DNA of 55,620 bases, counting the filler, from Sluysia triapertura (lineage: Eukaryota): assembly GCA_046118255.1 (NCBI GenBank). It is 4 parts of 4 records of this genome, joined end to end, with 100 filler letters (N's around TTAATTAATTAA, not from the genome) between each part and the next. Parts side by side here need not be neighbours in the genome. Positions count along the whole stretch, not along the records: positions 1 to 16,525 come from JBJNIA010201819.1; positions 16,626 to 33,186 come from JBJNIA010201264.1; 2 more parts are not named here. One strand, 5' to 3'. The notes beneath the pieces are model-generated. The model worked only from the letters and a program-made list of their open reading frames with translations. It was not told where the DNA came from and did not search any database. Shown here one piece after another: positions 10,793-24,660 of this stretch (the stretch's first letter is position 1; every line of letters starts with the position of its first letter). A program made the position numbers and the translations under genes.

Positions 10793-11188
10793 GCAGAAAA
10801 CAAATCTCAAAATAAAAATTTCAAAATATCACCCCAACTATCAGCAAATAGGCATATTACTTCATCAATTCCAGTACCATCAATGCAAGGAACAGCATAT
10901 GAAAATATGCATCAAGTTTCCATAGAATCAAGTATTACTCCTCAATCACATTACAATACTACTTTAGCAAATACACATCCTCAAGTTACAACACAAACAC
11001 ATGCACATGTTCAACAAAAACCACATGCACATTTATTACCGCAATGGAAAATACAGTTACAAGGACAACAACAATATGCACAGCAAATGTCATTAAATCC
11101 ATATTTATTGCAACAATTACAAAATCAATTAAAACAACCACAAAATCACTTAGTGTGCACCTGCCCACCAGAAGTGCACAAAGGTTAA
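10793..11188 (+). CDS. Gln/His/Pro-rich terminal exon of an unidentified, possibly pseudogenised gene
   Basis: Acceptor tttaattttag ends at 10792, followed by an open frame AENKSQ...QGQQQYAQQ...LQQLQNQLKQPQ. A small upstream exon (10543-10598, GTATGT donor) is phase-compatible, but the exon before it is not. Confidence 0.4.
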   Translation, partial: AENKSQNKNFKISPQLSANRHITSSIPVPSMQGTAYENMHQVSIESSITPQSHYNTTLANTHPQVTTQTHAHVQQKPHAHLLPQWKIQLQGQQQYAQQMSLNPYLLQQLQNQLKQPQNHLVCTCPPEVHKG

Positions 11189-11213
11189 ATTTTTATATAA
11201 TATAAATAAAATA

Positions 11214-11935
11214 CAGCGTGGCCAAAAGTAGATTTGCAGTTATCATGTAAATTATTTATTTGAAAATTCGACACTAGAACAGCGGAAAAATCGTTATACC
11301 TGTTAACATAAACGTAAACATAAACAATTTAATCTCTCAGATGCTCAAAATATCCCCCTTCAACATTGCAACATTCTTTAAATCTCTCCATGACACTCTG
11401 ACATAGTGCAGCATAAATTCCGTTCTTCATCAATTTCTGCGAATGCGAGATGAATGTTTTGGGTTTCCTCTCATAAACCGTGTTCTTAAAAAAGAAATCC
11501 ATAGGTGTCAGGTTAGGTGAACGTGGTAGCCATTCGATGCTGCCCTTCTTCCGAACCAGCGCTATGGAAAAACTTGGTTAATGTAGTCTCTTACTATAGA
11601 CGCATATGTGGTGGTACTCCATCCTGCTGAAAGAAAAGTTCGTCAAAGTTAAGTTTAGTTTAGTACTACTTAATGAAGCATGTCCAGGTAGTTCTATCAA
11701 TTTACAGTTACATTAAAAATGCGGACCCAACAACACCTTCTCTTGATAATGCACCCAACCTGTAATTCGAGGCTGGTATAGTCGTGTGGATTTCCTTGGA
11801 CTGTTCACAAATGCTATAGTCACTAACATTTCATTTTCTTCGGTCTCAGAGTTTGTTTCATCAAATTTATTCCTTAGACGATAAATTGTTTGTCGTGAAG
11901 GTGGAGAAATGTTAAAATTTCATCAAACTATCCAT
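11214..11935 (-). mobile_element. Internally deleted Tc1/mariner-superfamily transposon (DDxD, maT/DUF4817-type)
   Basis: Minus strand reads PPSRQTIYRLRNKFDET (HTH region), FFQQDGVPPH, VRDYINQVFP*RWFGR, IEWLPRSPNLTPMDFF, VYERKPKT and ECCNVEGGYFEHL. One terminus TA|CAGCGTGGCCAAAAGT at 11212-11229. Confidence 0.9.
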
Positions 11936-13339
11936 ACCAAGAACATCATTGCAACGCTTAATGCTTAAACTGAAATTAAAACCTTAACGACCAAGACTAA
12001 TACATAGTCTTTTAGAGGAGGACGCAGATGATACTTAATCAATTTACTGAAGAAGAACCTGACTCTTTGGATAAAATTATTTGGTCAGAGAGGCTATCAT
12101 TATATTATTTGTATGAAAATATTGAATTGATACACTAAGTTTTTCAAACGCGTCGATAGCATGATAGTTTTCAGTAGAGTAATGGCCTTGAGAAATTATT
12201 CTTACGATGACCAGAGAGCACATAACAGTTTCTTTTGAATTCCACTGGAGATTCTTTCTACACATTTGCTTCGCAAGAATTAGTCATAATGAACAAGTTA
12301 TTCTAAATGGTAATCAATAGTAAATATTCTTTTAGACGAGTGTAATTTTTTACATTATTTGTTTGCGTTATAATGTAAATTATAAGGGGATTCTTTTACT
12401 TCATCTATTAGCATAAATTATTTACTGCGACTTATAAATTCGTAGGAGTAGTACTAATGACTTCGTACATTTAAATAGTCTGTTTTGGTGATTGTTGTGG
12501 TAATTCAAACCTAAACTAATTATTACATAGATCCACACTTAAACCACTAAGACAAAATATTATCAATCTTACACTTATTGCAATTACCAATTGCACAAAA
12601 GCAAACTCTTAATTGCATTATGTACATCACAACAACTTTTATCTAGCTTTCTAATACAATTATTTCATACATGATACATTCAAACACTCATAATATCTCC
12701 GATACAATAAATTAAAACGAGAAATATCTAAATCAAGAATACCATCGATAAAATCAGATTTGAAGGTCCTACAATTTTGACGTGTCGACGTACATTTTGT
12801 TTAAAATATTGTTTAAATGAAATATATCAAGTTAGTGCCTGCTCTTTAAAATATCTATTATATCGAATTGATCATTTTATATCATATAGTACTTTGAAAG
12901 AATTACCAAAGAATTAACAATTTTAAATCTGTTGAAACACTAAATACTAATCCCCGATAGAATTATGCGTTAACTGTTCAAGTAGTTCGACTACAATTAA
13001 TCGCAAATGTTAATTTTTGTGATATAATAAATTTATTTAATTAATTTGTACCTTTAGAAATTGTAGTTAAAGCTTATGGATGGTATGTGATTGATGAAAT
13101 GTGATTGAGCCGAATGGGTTTTATTAAATTGTAACTAGTCTAATCTGTTTTATTAAAAATTTTTGATTACTTTTAAAATAACTTATAATGTATTTCATTT
13201 CCAAAGTATACTCATGAAAACCTTATTGGTGTAATTAAAATCACTTTTCAGTGTACCTTTTAGTAACGTTGCATGGACTATTTCACTTCGAATTATTGCT
13301 CTTTTAATTGAAAATAATTTTTTGTTCAACGCCTTTTTG

Positions 13340-14570
13340 TCTTAAAAATGATAAATACCACTTCCGATATACCATTTTCTGTTTGAAAATGGATTCATTT
13401 CTTTAATTCGATTAAACTTAAAGCCAGTAGAGATTCTACTCTTATTATTGGTGGTAAATAAATTCAATCATACCTTACATAATGGAGATAGATATTAATG
13501 CTAACAGTCCAATATTTTAAATTTATTTTCTTTAGGTACTATTATTATTATATCATTATATTATTATTATTATTATTATATTATTATATTACATCTTTTT
13601 TCGTTATATTCTATGGGTAATTCGTTGGTACATTCTAGGCTGTCATGTAATTTTACAGTTAATTGTTTATATTTTATGACTTCTCCATTGGCTTTCCGAA
13701 TACTCCATCTTTCAATGATAATATTGGTACCACAATGTCAGGCTTAGTAATCATCGTAGCTAATTGGAAATATCTATGCACACAATGTTTACTTTCATTA
13801 TAACTTCCAATTGCGAAATAACGATATAATACTTTATAGGACATTTATTCACTTCAATTATTAAATCACTATTTATCTTGATTTTTCCAGTTTGAATGCT
13901 TCCAAACAAGTATCTGTAGCCATTATTAATGGCAAGAATGGTGTTCTATTTTTTGATGGATATATTATATTGTGATGACCACAATATTGAAGTTTAACGA
14001 CCCTTTTAACTACGCATTTTTTGACATCTGTAGACGTTAATCCGCTTTCTTGATATATGTGAAATACGTAATTTCCTAAATTGAATAATCTCTCTCCACT
14101 AATGAGAAACTGCTTCCAATTTCCTGATGACTACAATCATATTCAGCTAATGTTTCAGTTGGTCTTAGGCCAAATAATATTAATATTCAGTAATCTCTGA
14201 AAATTTTGACTTATTTGATTTATTTCTTGTCGAAAGCTTATTTCTTGATTATCACTTTTATTTTGATCTATCTATCTTTATCCACTTCAATAAATATTAA
14301 CTACTAATTCATCTGCTTGGTACAAGTATTTTCTTGATGTGGAATTGCAAAATGCACCAATTTTGAGTTACTTAATTGACAGTTGTTATCAGAGTTAATA
14401 ATGATTATTATTCAATCTTCGTACTTTAATACTGCATTATGATGTAATTCTAATGTTTCTTACGTTATTTGTGACATTATTTTTAATCATTTCAGCTGAT
14501 TGTGTCTGTGTTGCATTATGAAATACTCTAAGATAGCGAAATATTCTAGAATTTATACGTTTCATAATGC
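13340..14570 (-). mobile_element. Decayed Ty3/Gypsy LTR retrotransposon gag-pol remnant
   Basis: One frame at 13870-14100 reads NLGNYVFHIYQESGLTSTDVKKC...KLQYCGHHNI (RT C-terminal KC/YLGH motifs), joined to PFLPLIMATD (RNase H start LPLxLxTD). Outer boundaries are approximate. Confidence 0.7.
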
Positions 14571-14599
14571 TTGGCATATTTATTTTGTTTATTGGTTTC

Positions 14600-15720
14600 A
14601 ATGACATTTTTATGAGGAATGCGTCAACTTTCTTTATTCTTCATCTTTTCGATTTTCGAAATTAAAATCAGTTTTATTCTTTGTTTTGTAGACATTATTA
14701 TTTTTCTGTATTACTTTTTCCACTGAAGTTTATTTTTGAGTTTTGATTTGTTATTTATTTTTGTCTTGCTTTTTATTATTTCATCTATTTGTTTTCCTAA
14801 TTTGTCTTGATCTTCTCATTTATTATCATTTTAATTTTGTTTTACATTTCTAACCTCACGAATTAAATCGTTTATTTCTTTTTCATTATTTTCGTTATTT
14901 TTGAGGTTCACCACATCCTAATTCATCATCTAAATTCACTTCAGATACTACATTATGGATTTCTTTTCATGATTTAGTTGCATTATATGGTGAATTTTTA
15001 ACGTTTTCTATTTGATTTTGGATTATTTGTTCAGTTTCTTCTTTATTATCATATTACTAATGATTCCGCGTTTCGGGTTTCTACTTCATTTTGATTCTCA
15101 TATGAACATTCCCTAAGTATTTCTTCTAAAATTTTCTCTATTTCGTTTCTTAATACCAATATTTCTTATATATTGTAAGATAACTGCAATATAAAATTTC
15201 ATCATCATCATCATCATCATCCAATTCTTGATCATTGAACAAGATCTTAATTTGTATACCGTTGTATGGATATTTCGTTCAATTACCTTTGCTTCTTGTG
15301 ATAGGTTTAATCTTATTTTTATTGTACGCTTTGGGCTTTTGTGTCTTCAATATAAGTTTTGCACATTTTTTACGTAATCCTCCAGATTCCTAACTTTATC
15401 TTTTTTATAATTTCTTTTGTGGTTTATTGAGTAACCCTTACTTTTGGTGTACTTAATTGATCATGTTCCTCTTCTTATCCTCTTCTTATTCATTTGACAA
15501 ACATTAAATTGCCTTTTATCATTTTCTTTTTCATTTTTTCACTTTTTTGAGACCTTGTACTATATTTGGCTTATAAAACTGTCTCCCTTTTCTATAATTT
15601 TTATAACAGTTTGGTCTTTATTTTCTTGAAATTTATTTACATAACCAGATAATTTGTGAAAATAATTGCTCTTGCGTTGAGGTGATTTTGTTCTATAAAA
15701 TAAATTTTGATTAGGATTTT
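14600..15720 (-). pseudogene. Decayed Lys/Glu/Asp-rich coding-like region, probably retroelement-derived
   Basis: Purine-rich minus strand with acidic runs (ELDDDDDDEI) broken by many stops; lies next to the Gypsy remnant. Confidence 0.3.
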
Positions 15721-16525
15721 TTATTATTAGTCAAAAAATATTGTTATCGTAACTTTATAGTGGATTCATTTAAAATTTTTTCAATATTAAAAGGTAACTT
15801 AACTTAAGATTGAATATTAGCATGTTTAACTTTAAATAAAATAACAGATTATATAAACAATTAAACGTCGGCTTACGACGTAAAAATAACTAACAAACTT
15901 TAGAATGAACTATGTTAAACAATTAAAAGTAACAATTGTTATATTAAATAATAAAAATGAATAACAAATTGTAATCATTATTAAAAATAATGAGAGTAGC
16001 CCATCTACTATAGAAAAGTGAGAATAAAACATTGATTCAGACTTCTTTTAAATCGCGATAGTACAGTGTTTCAAAACATAAGATCCAATAAGGAATCTTG
16101 TAATATTATGGGCTAAATTTTGATTAATCAGCTGGTTTCACAACCAGTACTATATATATTGTCTAAGTAGATCAATGCATAGGTAGGTAAAATTCAGAGA
16201 ATAAAGTGGTAAATTGAAATTATTTTCATGATCGTATAAAATGTAATTGAACCAAATGGTGACATGTTATTAGCTGCATAATAGGTAAATACATATATTT
16301 TGATGTAGTGTAATTTGCCAAATATATCAAAATATCAGGTACTGACTTCAATTCCCGTACAAAAGAGTAATTTATTTCTAGTGTTAAGGCAGTCGTGCGC
16401 AAACTTTGTAAATTGCGCCCCCTTTTCAACATATTTATTTTTGTCTTTAAGGACAACCAAATATTACATCATTTAATCGAGGTATTAATTAAAACCTTTA
16501 TGTTTGTTGATTTTTTATATTTAGT

Positions 16526-16625
16526 NNNNNNNNNNNNNNNNNNNNNNNNNNNNNNNNNNNNNNNNNNNNTTAATTAATTAANNNNNNNNNNNNNNNNNNN
16601 NNNNNNNNNNNNNNNNNNNNNNNNN
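16526..16625. other. Artificial assembly spacer
   Basis: 44 N + TTAATTAATTAA (stops in all six frames) + 44 N. Confidence 0.98.
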
Positions 16626-17154
16626 CATAATGTCATTACAATTCTTATTTACTTTAAAATTTAGAATATATCTAAATTTAAATTATATCTAAATTACTTT
16701 TATTTCTTCATGTAAATTACAGTTATTGTAAGATATTTTAATGAAATTTTATAAAATTTTAAGCTTGTTAATAATCATCTAAATTTAATTAATTATCTAA
16801 ATTTTCACAATAATTTAACTAATGTGAATGTTTAAGGCTTACTTTTAGCAAATATCATAGGAAAGTGTTCGCCTATAGTAAATGTCGCTACATGTTTTGT
16901 AGACATAATGTTAAACTAAAAAATTAAAATTAGAAATATTATCATTACTTAAAAGAATAAAATTTAAATTTTTATAGAATGTCCGAAATAAAAAATAATA
17001 GTCAGTGACTGTTATCCTTATTGTGATTATAATTATTGTATTATATTCATTATTATTTGCGGACTATTATTATTGTTATCACTCTTTTCATTGTATTCAT
17101 TATTGTGATTGTTATTTGTTAACTATAAAATTTACTAACTACCATTGTATCTAT

Positions 17155-17330
17155 TACTATAGAAATAATTACATACTGTATATAAAATTATTACACATTA
17201 AGTACCATTATAGAAATAATTACATAATGAAATTTATGTACATACAAAATTATTATGTTAAATCATTACTATAAGAAAATTTTTAATTACACTATGGAAT
17301 TATTATATTATTTAAATATATGAACTATAT
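17155..17330. repeat. Degenerate AT-rich tandem repeat (~51-bp period)
   Basis: TATAGAAATAATTACATA at ~17158 and ~17209, with further degenerate copies. Confidence 0.55.
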
Positions 17331-18834
17331 CGAATGATAGCGAGAAATTAATATAAAAGGAACAAAAAGTGGTGAAAATTATTACTAGTTGTAGTACTCG
17401 AAGTTAAGAAGAAGATCAATTGCAAGACAACCATATCTTTGAAGTTCATGGAACTGATTCGTTTTTCGAAGAAGGAATTTAATACTGGCGAACAATTGCT
17501 ATTATTGAAATAGGTGAGTAATTTGTCATTATTTTTTATTCGGACTTTAATACTGTCTAAATTGAATTTTATAAAATTTTATATTTGCTTTTTTGTTGTT
17601 TTATATAAATAAGCGTCACGTGTTATAAAGAAATAAATAATTTGTTGAGTTTATTTTAAATCTTGAATCGAGATTAGTATCACTAAAAGAAAGTTTCGTA
17701 AGATTGAATATTTTAAAGCGTTTCCATTCCCGAATATCGGAACGAGTATTGGAACTCTGACTCCTAGAAAGAACAAGTAAATATTAATTGAGTAGCAAAA
17801 CAGTAAAGAATATTAGCATAAAGAATATTGAGGAGTATCAATCCAGAGAAACATTTAAACATTAAAAATATTAAATTTTGTCGAATTAAGTTTTTAAATA
17901 TTTTGTAATTATAGTTGATTATAAATCCGACATTTCATTATAAATCTAACAATTTTATCAACATTAATACTAAATTAAACTATTAAAAGTCGAATAGTCC
18001 TGAGGGTATTTTAAAGTAGCACACCTTTGGAAATCTTACTTTTGCACAACGTGATAATTCTTCTTGAATTAATTCAATTTTCGGGCACATAACTTAACCT
18101 TAATTATTCTATGTGTGCAGCTGTTTCAAAATCATGCTTAACAATATATTACCTATATCGTTTTATTTTAAAATATTGTTTCTTTAAAAAAGACTTAAGA
18201 TAAAGGAAAATGTGTATTACCTAGCAATTAATTATAACATTATAAATGTATTTGGTATTTCTTAAATTTATCACTAGTTTAATTTGATAACTAACTGCAA
18301 AAGCATTTGAATTATTCTTCAGTACCGTTAAGGTATCTAGATCTTTAGTTAACATAATGTTAAAAACATATTTAGGAACTTTAAAATATCTAATATCGTT
18401 GTAGTGAACTCTAAATCTACACATCACAGCACAAACACATTTATTCACAAATCAACACTTCATACATAAATAAAATGCTAAACAAGTTTCTTGATACATT
18501 CAAAACATAAACACAGTTATAATTTATAATTACCATAAATTTATAGTTATTGTTATAATAATTACTTTCACAATAATAATTATTCTTATTACAATTTTCA
18601 CATGATCGTAATAATAATAACTATCAACATAATTATATTAAACTGCTAATTTTCTAATTGCTGTCATAATAACTATTGTTGTTGTCACACTTGCTTTCAT
18701 TTTTCGTTTTTTTCCTTTTTTCATGTATGTATGTTTATTTTATGCATGTTTTTACTGTTTCTTATAATCCATCATAACGTATAATTCATTAGACAATATA
18801 AAAATTTATCTGATATACATCGTTACAATACATA

Positions 18835-19960
18835 AATGAATCATCCATGATCAAAAATTCACTAGACCGACAAACTACAGAATCTCCAGAAGATTATAAA
18901 TCAAGTAATTGTGATAAGAACCAATGTATCAGTCGTTTCCGCATTTTATGAGAGTTCTACAAGACGAATATCGTTTTTTCTTGAAATTTATAACATGGTA
19001 ATTAGAAAACAAAATTTGATTGATGGCAATATTCTTAAATCTAGTGGTTCATTTTGGCATGTCAAAGAATTTCATGAAAATTTTTATAAAAACGAAATTT
19101 CAGACCTTCATTTCAAAGGATTAAATGTTTTAGTTTCAACACCACCTCATTTAGCTATTCCAGTTATAAAACATTTAACAATAAAATCTTGCAAGGATTG
19201 TTAATTAAATAATATTATTCTCTCATCGTACTCAACACAAAATTTAGGCCCAACGAATTCATGAAAATTTAAATTACTGAAATTAAAACAAATTTATTCA
19301 ATTTCGATTTGGAAATTATACCATGTTATAAATTTAATAATTGTACGAACGTCAAATTATGAATTAGAACAAAATTAGTTAAACTTAGAAAATTATTGCA
19401 AAATTAAAAAATTCTTTCAATTATTAAAAAACTAATAATGTTAATTAATAATGAGATACTGCTTTAAAACAAATCAATGTTAATAAATTTGTAAGTCATG
19501 ATTACAAAGTTATGTAGCTCTGAATGAAATTGACCAAATTATGAGTAACCATAAATCACTAAAAGTACTTCCTAAGAGAAGGTATAATGCATTTGAAAAT
19601 ACGAGAGTTCTGAGGTTGAAAATAAATAAAGAAAATGACCAAAAATTTGTCAAATAGTGACAATCGTAATATTGAATACATGCAGTTATCTTATGGTACT
19701 AACAATGCTAATACTGGAAAATCACTTGACTATTGTGAAAAAATTAACCGAAGAAGTATGCTCGGAATCATGAGTGAAGATTCAGATGGTGGTACAAATA
19801 TCACATATGATACAGTTTCTGGTGATTAAAATTTCGACATTGAACCTTATGAAAAATTAAGTTCAAATCATAATGCTAGACGACATCGCTCAAAATCGAC
19901 CATGAATAATAGTCATTTAAAATCGCGTAGTCTAAACACATTATTTTGCTGTCCAATAGC
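18835..19960 (+). pseudogene. Decayed coding-like region of unknown family
   Basis: Consecutive short same-strand ORFs (18911-19204, 19635-19829) with protein-like composition, interrupted by stops. Confidence 0.3.
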
Positions 19961-22489
19961 TATTATTTTCCTTATCATAATAGTAAACTTCTTACAGCAG
20001 TGTAAAGAAACATATTTTGTCAATAATTTATTACAAATCTGATAGTTCGAAGAACGAAAAAACAATGCGATCAAACAATAGTCTTTAACATTATAATATG
20101 AATAATTATGCTATTTTTATTGTTCTACATAATTAAATTATTGAGTAATAAAACACTGCAGTCACCATCGATAGAAATTTATCAGTAATTTATTTGATAA
20201 ATATTGTTTGGAAAATAGTGTACATAAATTCTTGAATCCAAAGATTTTAATAGCAAAGTTGGAGTGTATAATCAGTTTCTCTTATCTAAACGAACGCTAT
20301 TTTGTATTTTTTCATATCCAGCTTCGGGTGGTCAATTAATGTCAGACTAACAATAATTAATATATATACGACAATTATATGATAATAGTAAAACAATATA
20401 TCAATGGAAAGTTATTTTACTTCAATTGAAAAATTCTGTAATGTATAATATGGATACCTATACACAGAATACAATTTTTCATACGTTTGTATGTGTTGAT
20501 TTTATTTAGTTTCATGTTTAATATTAAATTTATTGTTATTTGTCCAGTTACATTGTCAAAATTAAATTTCTTAATTATACTAAAAGTTTCATAAAAATTA
20601 CGTTAATTTTAATGTTTCCTTTATTTGTCAAAAATAAATAAAAATACAATATTTTGATGTGTCCCTAAAATCGTTAATTAGATATGTATATATTTTAAAT
20701 CAAAAGCCTCAATAATGTCGCAGTTAAAGACAAAAACTACAAAAAATCATCTTAATTTATCATTTGTTATTTGATCACAAAGTTTCTTTAAATCTTGAAA
20801 ATAAAAATCTAAAAAAATGAATCAAAATCTAAATAAACAGTAACCAAATCTTTATTAGAAACGTGATTTAAAATATAAAATGTAGTAACTATTAATAACA
20901 ATATATGATATTACTAGTACCTTTTAAAATATTATTCAAAACATCGAGTCAATGCTTAAATTTTTCATATCTACATAAGATGATAAAGCATCTCTAATGT
21001 CATTTTCATTTAATTCATCGTCGCTTTTTTATGTTAACATTTTTTGAAGAATTATTCAAAACTTCATCAGAATCATCACTATACTCTGATCCATCTTCTT
21101 TAAAACTACAATCTATGCGAAAACATATTGCACTAAATTTTAGGTTCCATTCGAAAAATTGAAATATTAAATTTTTGAAGTTCAGTTATTATTTGGGGTA
21201 CTTATATTTTTGAATTTTATGGAATTTAAAATTTTTTTTGAAGTCTTATCCATTAGAAATTCTATAGTACCATTCGATAAAACAAGCAAAAAATATTTTA
21301 AATTTAATATTGAAATTAATTATTAATAGTGATATTTTTTCAAAAAAACCTTTTTAATAATAATTATTAAGAAAGTATTGAATATTTCTTGGCAATAAAA
21401 GCAATTAATTTTCATTAAAACCAAAATATAATTTAATTTTTCCATTGTGAAATTTCTGAATATTTCTTGGAAAAAATAATTACATTGCAAGGAAATTAAA
21501 TTTAATATTTAATTTTATTATAATATATAAGTTAATAGAGATAATATGATGAATAATTAAATGCAAATTTATAGTTTGTGTACAGATGTTTGAAAATTTA
21601 TATGAAAATTATGAAATTTTTTAATCATAACGTATTGGCTATATAATATAATAATAATTATTATTAATTATAATTAGAATATTTTGACAATTCACTTATA
21701 TTTCCAAATTTAAAATATCTCACGTTGATAATTGAATGGTTAATTAATGACAATAATATAAAATTTGTTTTATGCATCAATAGAAATTTTAGTATTATAA
21801 TAATACTTGTTATTGTGCTCATTAATAATGATTCATGATTAATAATAATCATAATAATGCCAAGTATCCATCATTATTTGTATTTATCAATGAATGATGT
21901 ATAAATATAAATAATTAAAATTAATTATTTTAAAACTATTTTAATTTAATTAAAAGAATCAAAAGATTATTTAATTAAAGTGAAAATTTTATTACAGTAA
22001 ACAATAATAATTTTTTTAATGCTGACATGGAATAACATTAAAGCAACAGTAAATATCCATAAAATTAGAAATGTATTAATAAAAAGTGAATATAAATTTT
22101 TAGTTTAAAAAGAGTGTTGATAGAACAAAGATAGTTATTATTTTAAAGAGAGATTGAGTAAATTAAAAACTTTCGACGTGTAAATACATAAAATATCGAC
22201 TTTTATGAGTATTTTATTAGTTTTACATTATGTGGCAATCAAAGCCTATTATTTTTTATAATTGGATGCATACGCTTCTGAAATTTTTAGTTCAATTTGT
22301 ATTTCAATATGTGAAGGCTCCATTAGATCCTCGGTTTATTTCTTCACGGAAGGCGAATCTTAATTGATATACCAAATGTGTTACTGTTTAGTAAGTTTAT
22401 TTCTAGCACTTGCTTAATAAACAAGAATTCCATTTCAAAAGTTATTCAAATCAAAATAAATATTATTTATTGCTAATTTGATGATGATG

Positions 22490-22490
<1 letters not shown>

Positions 22491-22536
<46 letters not shown>

Positions 22537-22556
22537 CATTATTATTATTATTATTA
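22491..22556. repeat. (ATT)n microsatellite
   Basis: About 22 near-perfect ATT units. Confidence 0.95.
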
Positions 22557-24002
22557 ATACTTATAATAATATTATGATTATTCTCTGGACAATATCAATT
22601 TCTATTTTTGGTAATTTATACATTTTTAACTTTCGAAGTTTTTAAAATAATTTCCATAGTTTTATTTTATACAAACCTAACATTTTGAATACCAAATTTA
22701 ATATAATCATTTTTTGTACTTTTTCAGACTTTTTTGCTAGTTTTTTTATTTGGATTCATAATTTTCTTATCTTTTAAAATTTCCATATATTTTGAACATT
22801 TATGCGAATTAGCTGCTTAATAATATTCACATGTTTACGTATTTGTTTATTGTATATTATTGTGCATTTTATTTGCTTATACCATTTATGCTTTTATAAC
22901 TTTTATAAAAATTAATTTTATAAACAAATAATTAATCATTTTAATATAATTATAAAATTTTGTAACATAACGATTTTAAACAAAATAATAAATTTACAAT
23001 TTACAATTAAATTTAAAAAACAAAATTAAAATTAAATTAAAAGTTGTAAAATCAAGTATACTTCAATATACTAGTACTTTCCATCATAATTAATATTGCA
23101 AAGACCTTTAAGGTCAAATGATTAAAAAGTATATAAATATAGCTTTATTTATGATTAAAAACACACATTACTATTATTTGAAACTTAATATTAATCTTCG
23201 CTTGATAGATTTTTCTTCGGACACAGGAAATCTACAAATTGATAATGCAGATAATTAAAAATTATATTATCCGAGGATAATTTTTGACAGATATTCCTTT
23301 AAAGTGATCGTAAGTTTAATAAAATTGTGTAACAAATTACACGTAAGTTCTTTCCGTAATTTTTTCAATCTTTTAAATTGATTGAATTTAAAATATATTT
23401 TTTAAATTATTAGAAAAGATAAATTATCAATTCAATTTGGTAACTTGGTAAAATTACTTAACATTGTTTCGACGTATGATTTTCACGTTTGTGTGAATAA
23501 CTTTTGAATGAGGAATGCTATGTTAAAACTGTAATTGTAAATGTATGTGTTTTAAAGAGACCTTTCAATGAAGAGAAGGGTTGACTGAGTTCATGCGAAG
23601 AAAGCCTCTATATTGAGCAAAGTCGAATTTTAATTAATTTTTAATTTAAAATGATGGAATTTTCATATTTAGAATGATGAAGAGATGATAAGTTGGGTGT
23701 GGAGTGATTGCTATGAAATAGGAGATTCCAAAAATGAGGTTGAATTTTTGTGAAATGGTTCGTTTGGGAATGAGAACCTTAAACATTTTCCATTAAAAAA
23801 TTGAGTTGAGGAATTAAAAATTAAATAAAATGTATTGTTAAGTATGTCAATAATAATAATAATAATTGTTATTTTAATGTAAGAAGTGATTTATGAAAAA
23901 CTAGATCTAGTAGAGTAGAAAAAAATGAACGTTGATTGTTTTTCTTGATAGGTCGCACCATGTAAGTGTCAAAGTCGTTTTAGTCATTTTAATCTTTAAA
24001 AT

Positions 24003-24159
24003 TGGTTTTGATGATATGTGGAAGAGTAATTCCTGATTGCGAATGTAGAAATGATTGGATGGCAAAAGGTATAAATTAGAATACTTAGAAATTTTTAGTC
24101 ACACGTAAAAAATTGAATTTATTCGATGCTGATTGCAAATACGAAGATCCATGCTATTG
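24003..24159 (+). pseudogene. Two small Cys-rich exons (EGF-like or LRRCT-like) separated by a 30-nt intron
   Basis: Splicing GT24069..AG24098 removes an in-frame TAG and yields ICGRVIPDCECRNDWMAKVTRKKLNLFDADCKYEDPCY; next donor GTAACT at 24160. Confidence 0.5.
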
Positions 24160-24227
24160 GTAACTTTTTATTTTATTTCATTTTGTTTTAAAATATTAAT
24201 ATTAATTAAAAATATTTTATTAGAATC

Positions 24228-24660
24228 ATTTGTAATTAATTTAATTGTTTAATTATTTTTCGGTACGACTTAATAAAGATTTGCATTAAGATTAATTTGT
24301 AATTAATTTAATTGTTTTTAATTATTTTTATTTGGTACAACTTAATAAAGATATGTAGTAAGATTAATTAGTAATTGATCTAATAATTTTTAGTGCCTAA
24401 TATTAATTTGTAATAACTTTGATTTGTAATCGAATCTAATCATTTTTATAGTGTAATATTAATTTGTGTTAATAATAATTTATAATCATATTGATTTGTA
24501 AGTGACCTAATAACTTTTAGTAGTGCCTAATATTAATTCGTAATAACGTTAAGTTGTAATTGTTTTAATCATTAATTTGTGATAATATTAACTTGTAATC
24601 GATTTAATCATTTTTAGTAGCATCTGATATTAATTTGTAATAATACGAATCTGTAATTGA
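24228..24660. repeat. Degenerate satellite built on ATTAATTTGTAAT
   Basis: Two near-identical ~67-bp copies from 24228, followed by diverged units sharing TAATATTAATTTGTAAT and AGTGCCTAATATTAATT. Confidence 0.85.

Noticed and set aside
16570-16581. TTAATTAATTAA palindrome repeated three times in the window
   Set aside because: Always centred in N runs; an assembly linker, not biology.
17005-17274. Tyr/Cys/Ile-rich 89-aa ORF
   Set aside because: Translation of ATT-like low-complexity and tandem-repeat DNA.
24228-24660. Repeat array as possible CRISPR
   Set aside because: Degenerate tandem units with no unique spacers, no cas genes, eukaryotic context.
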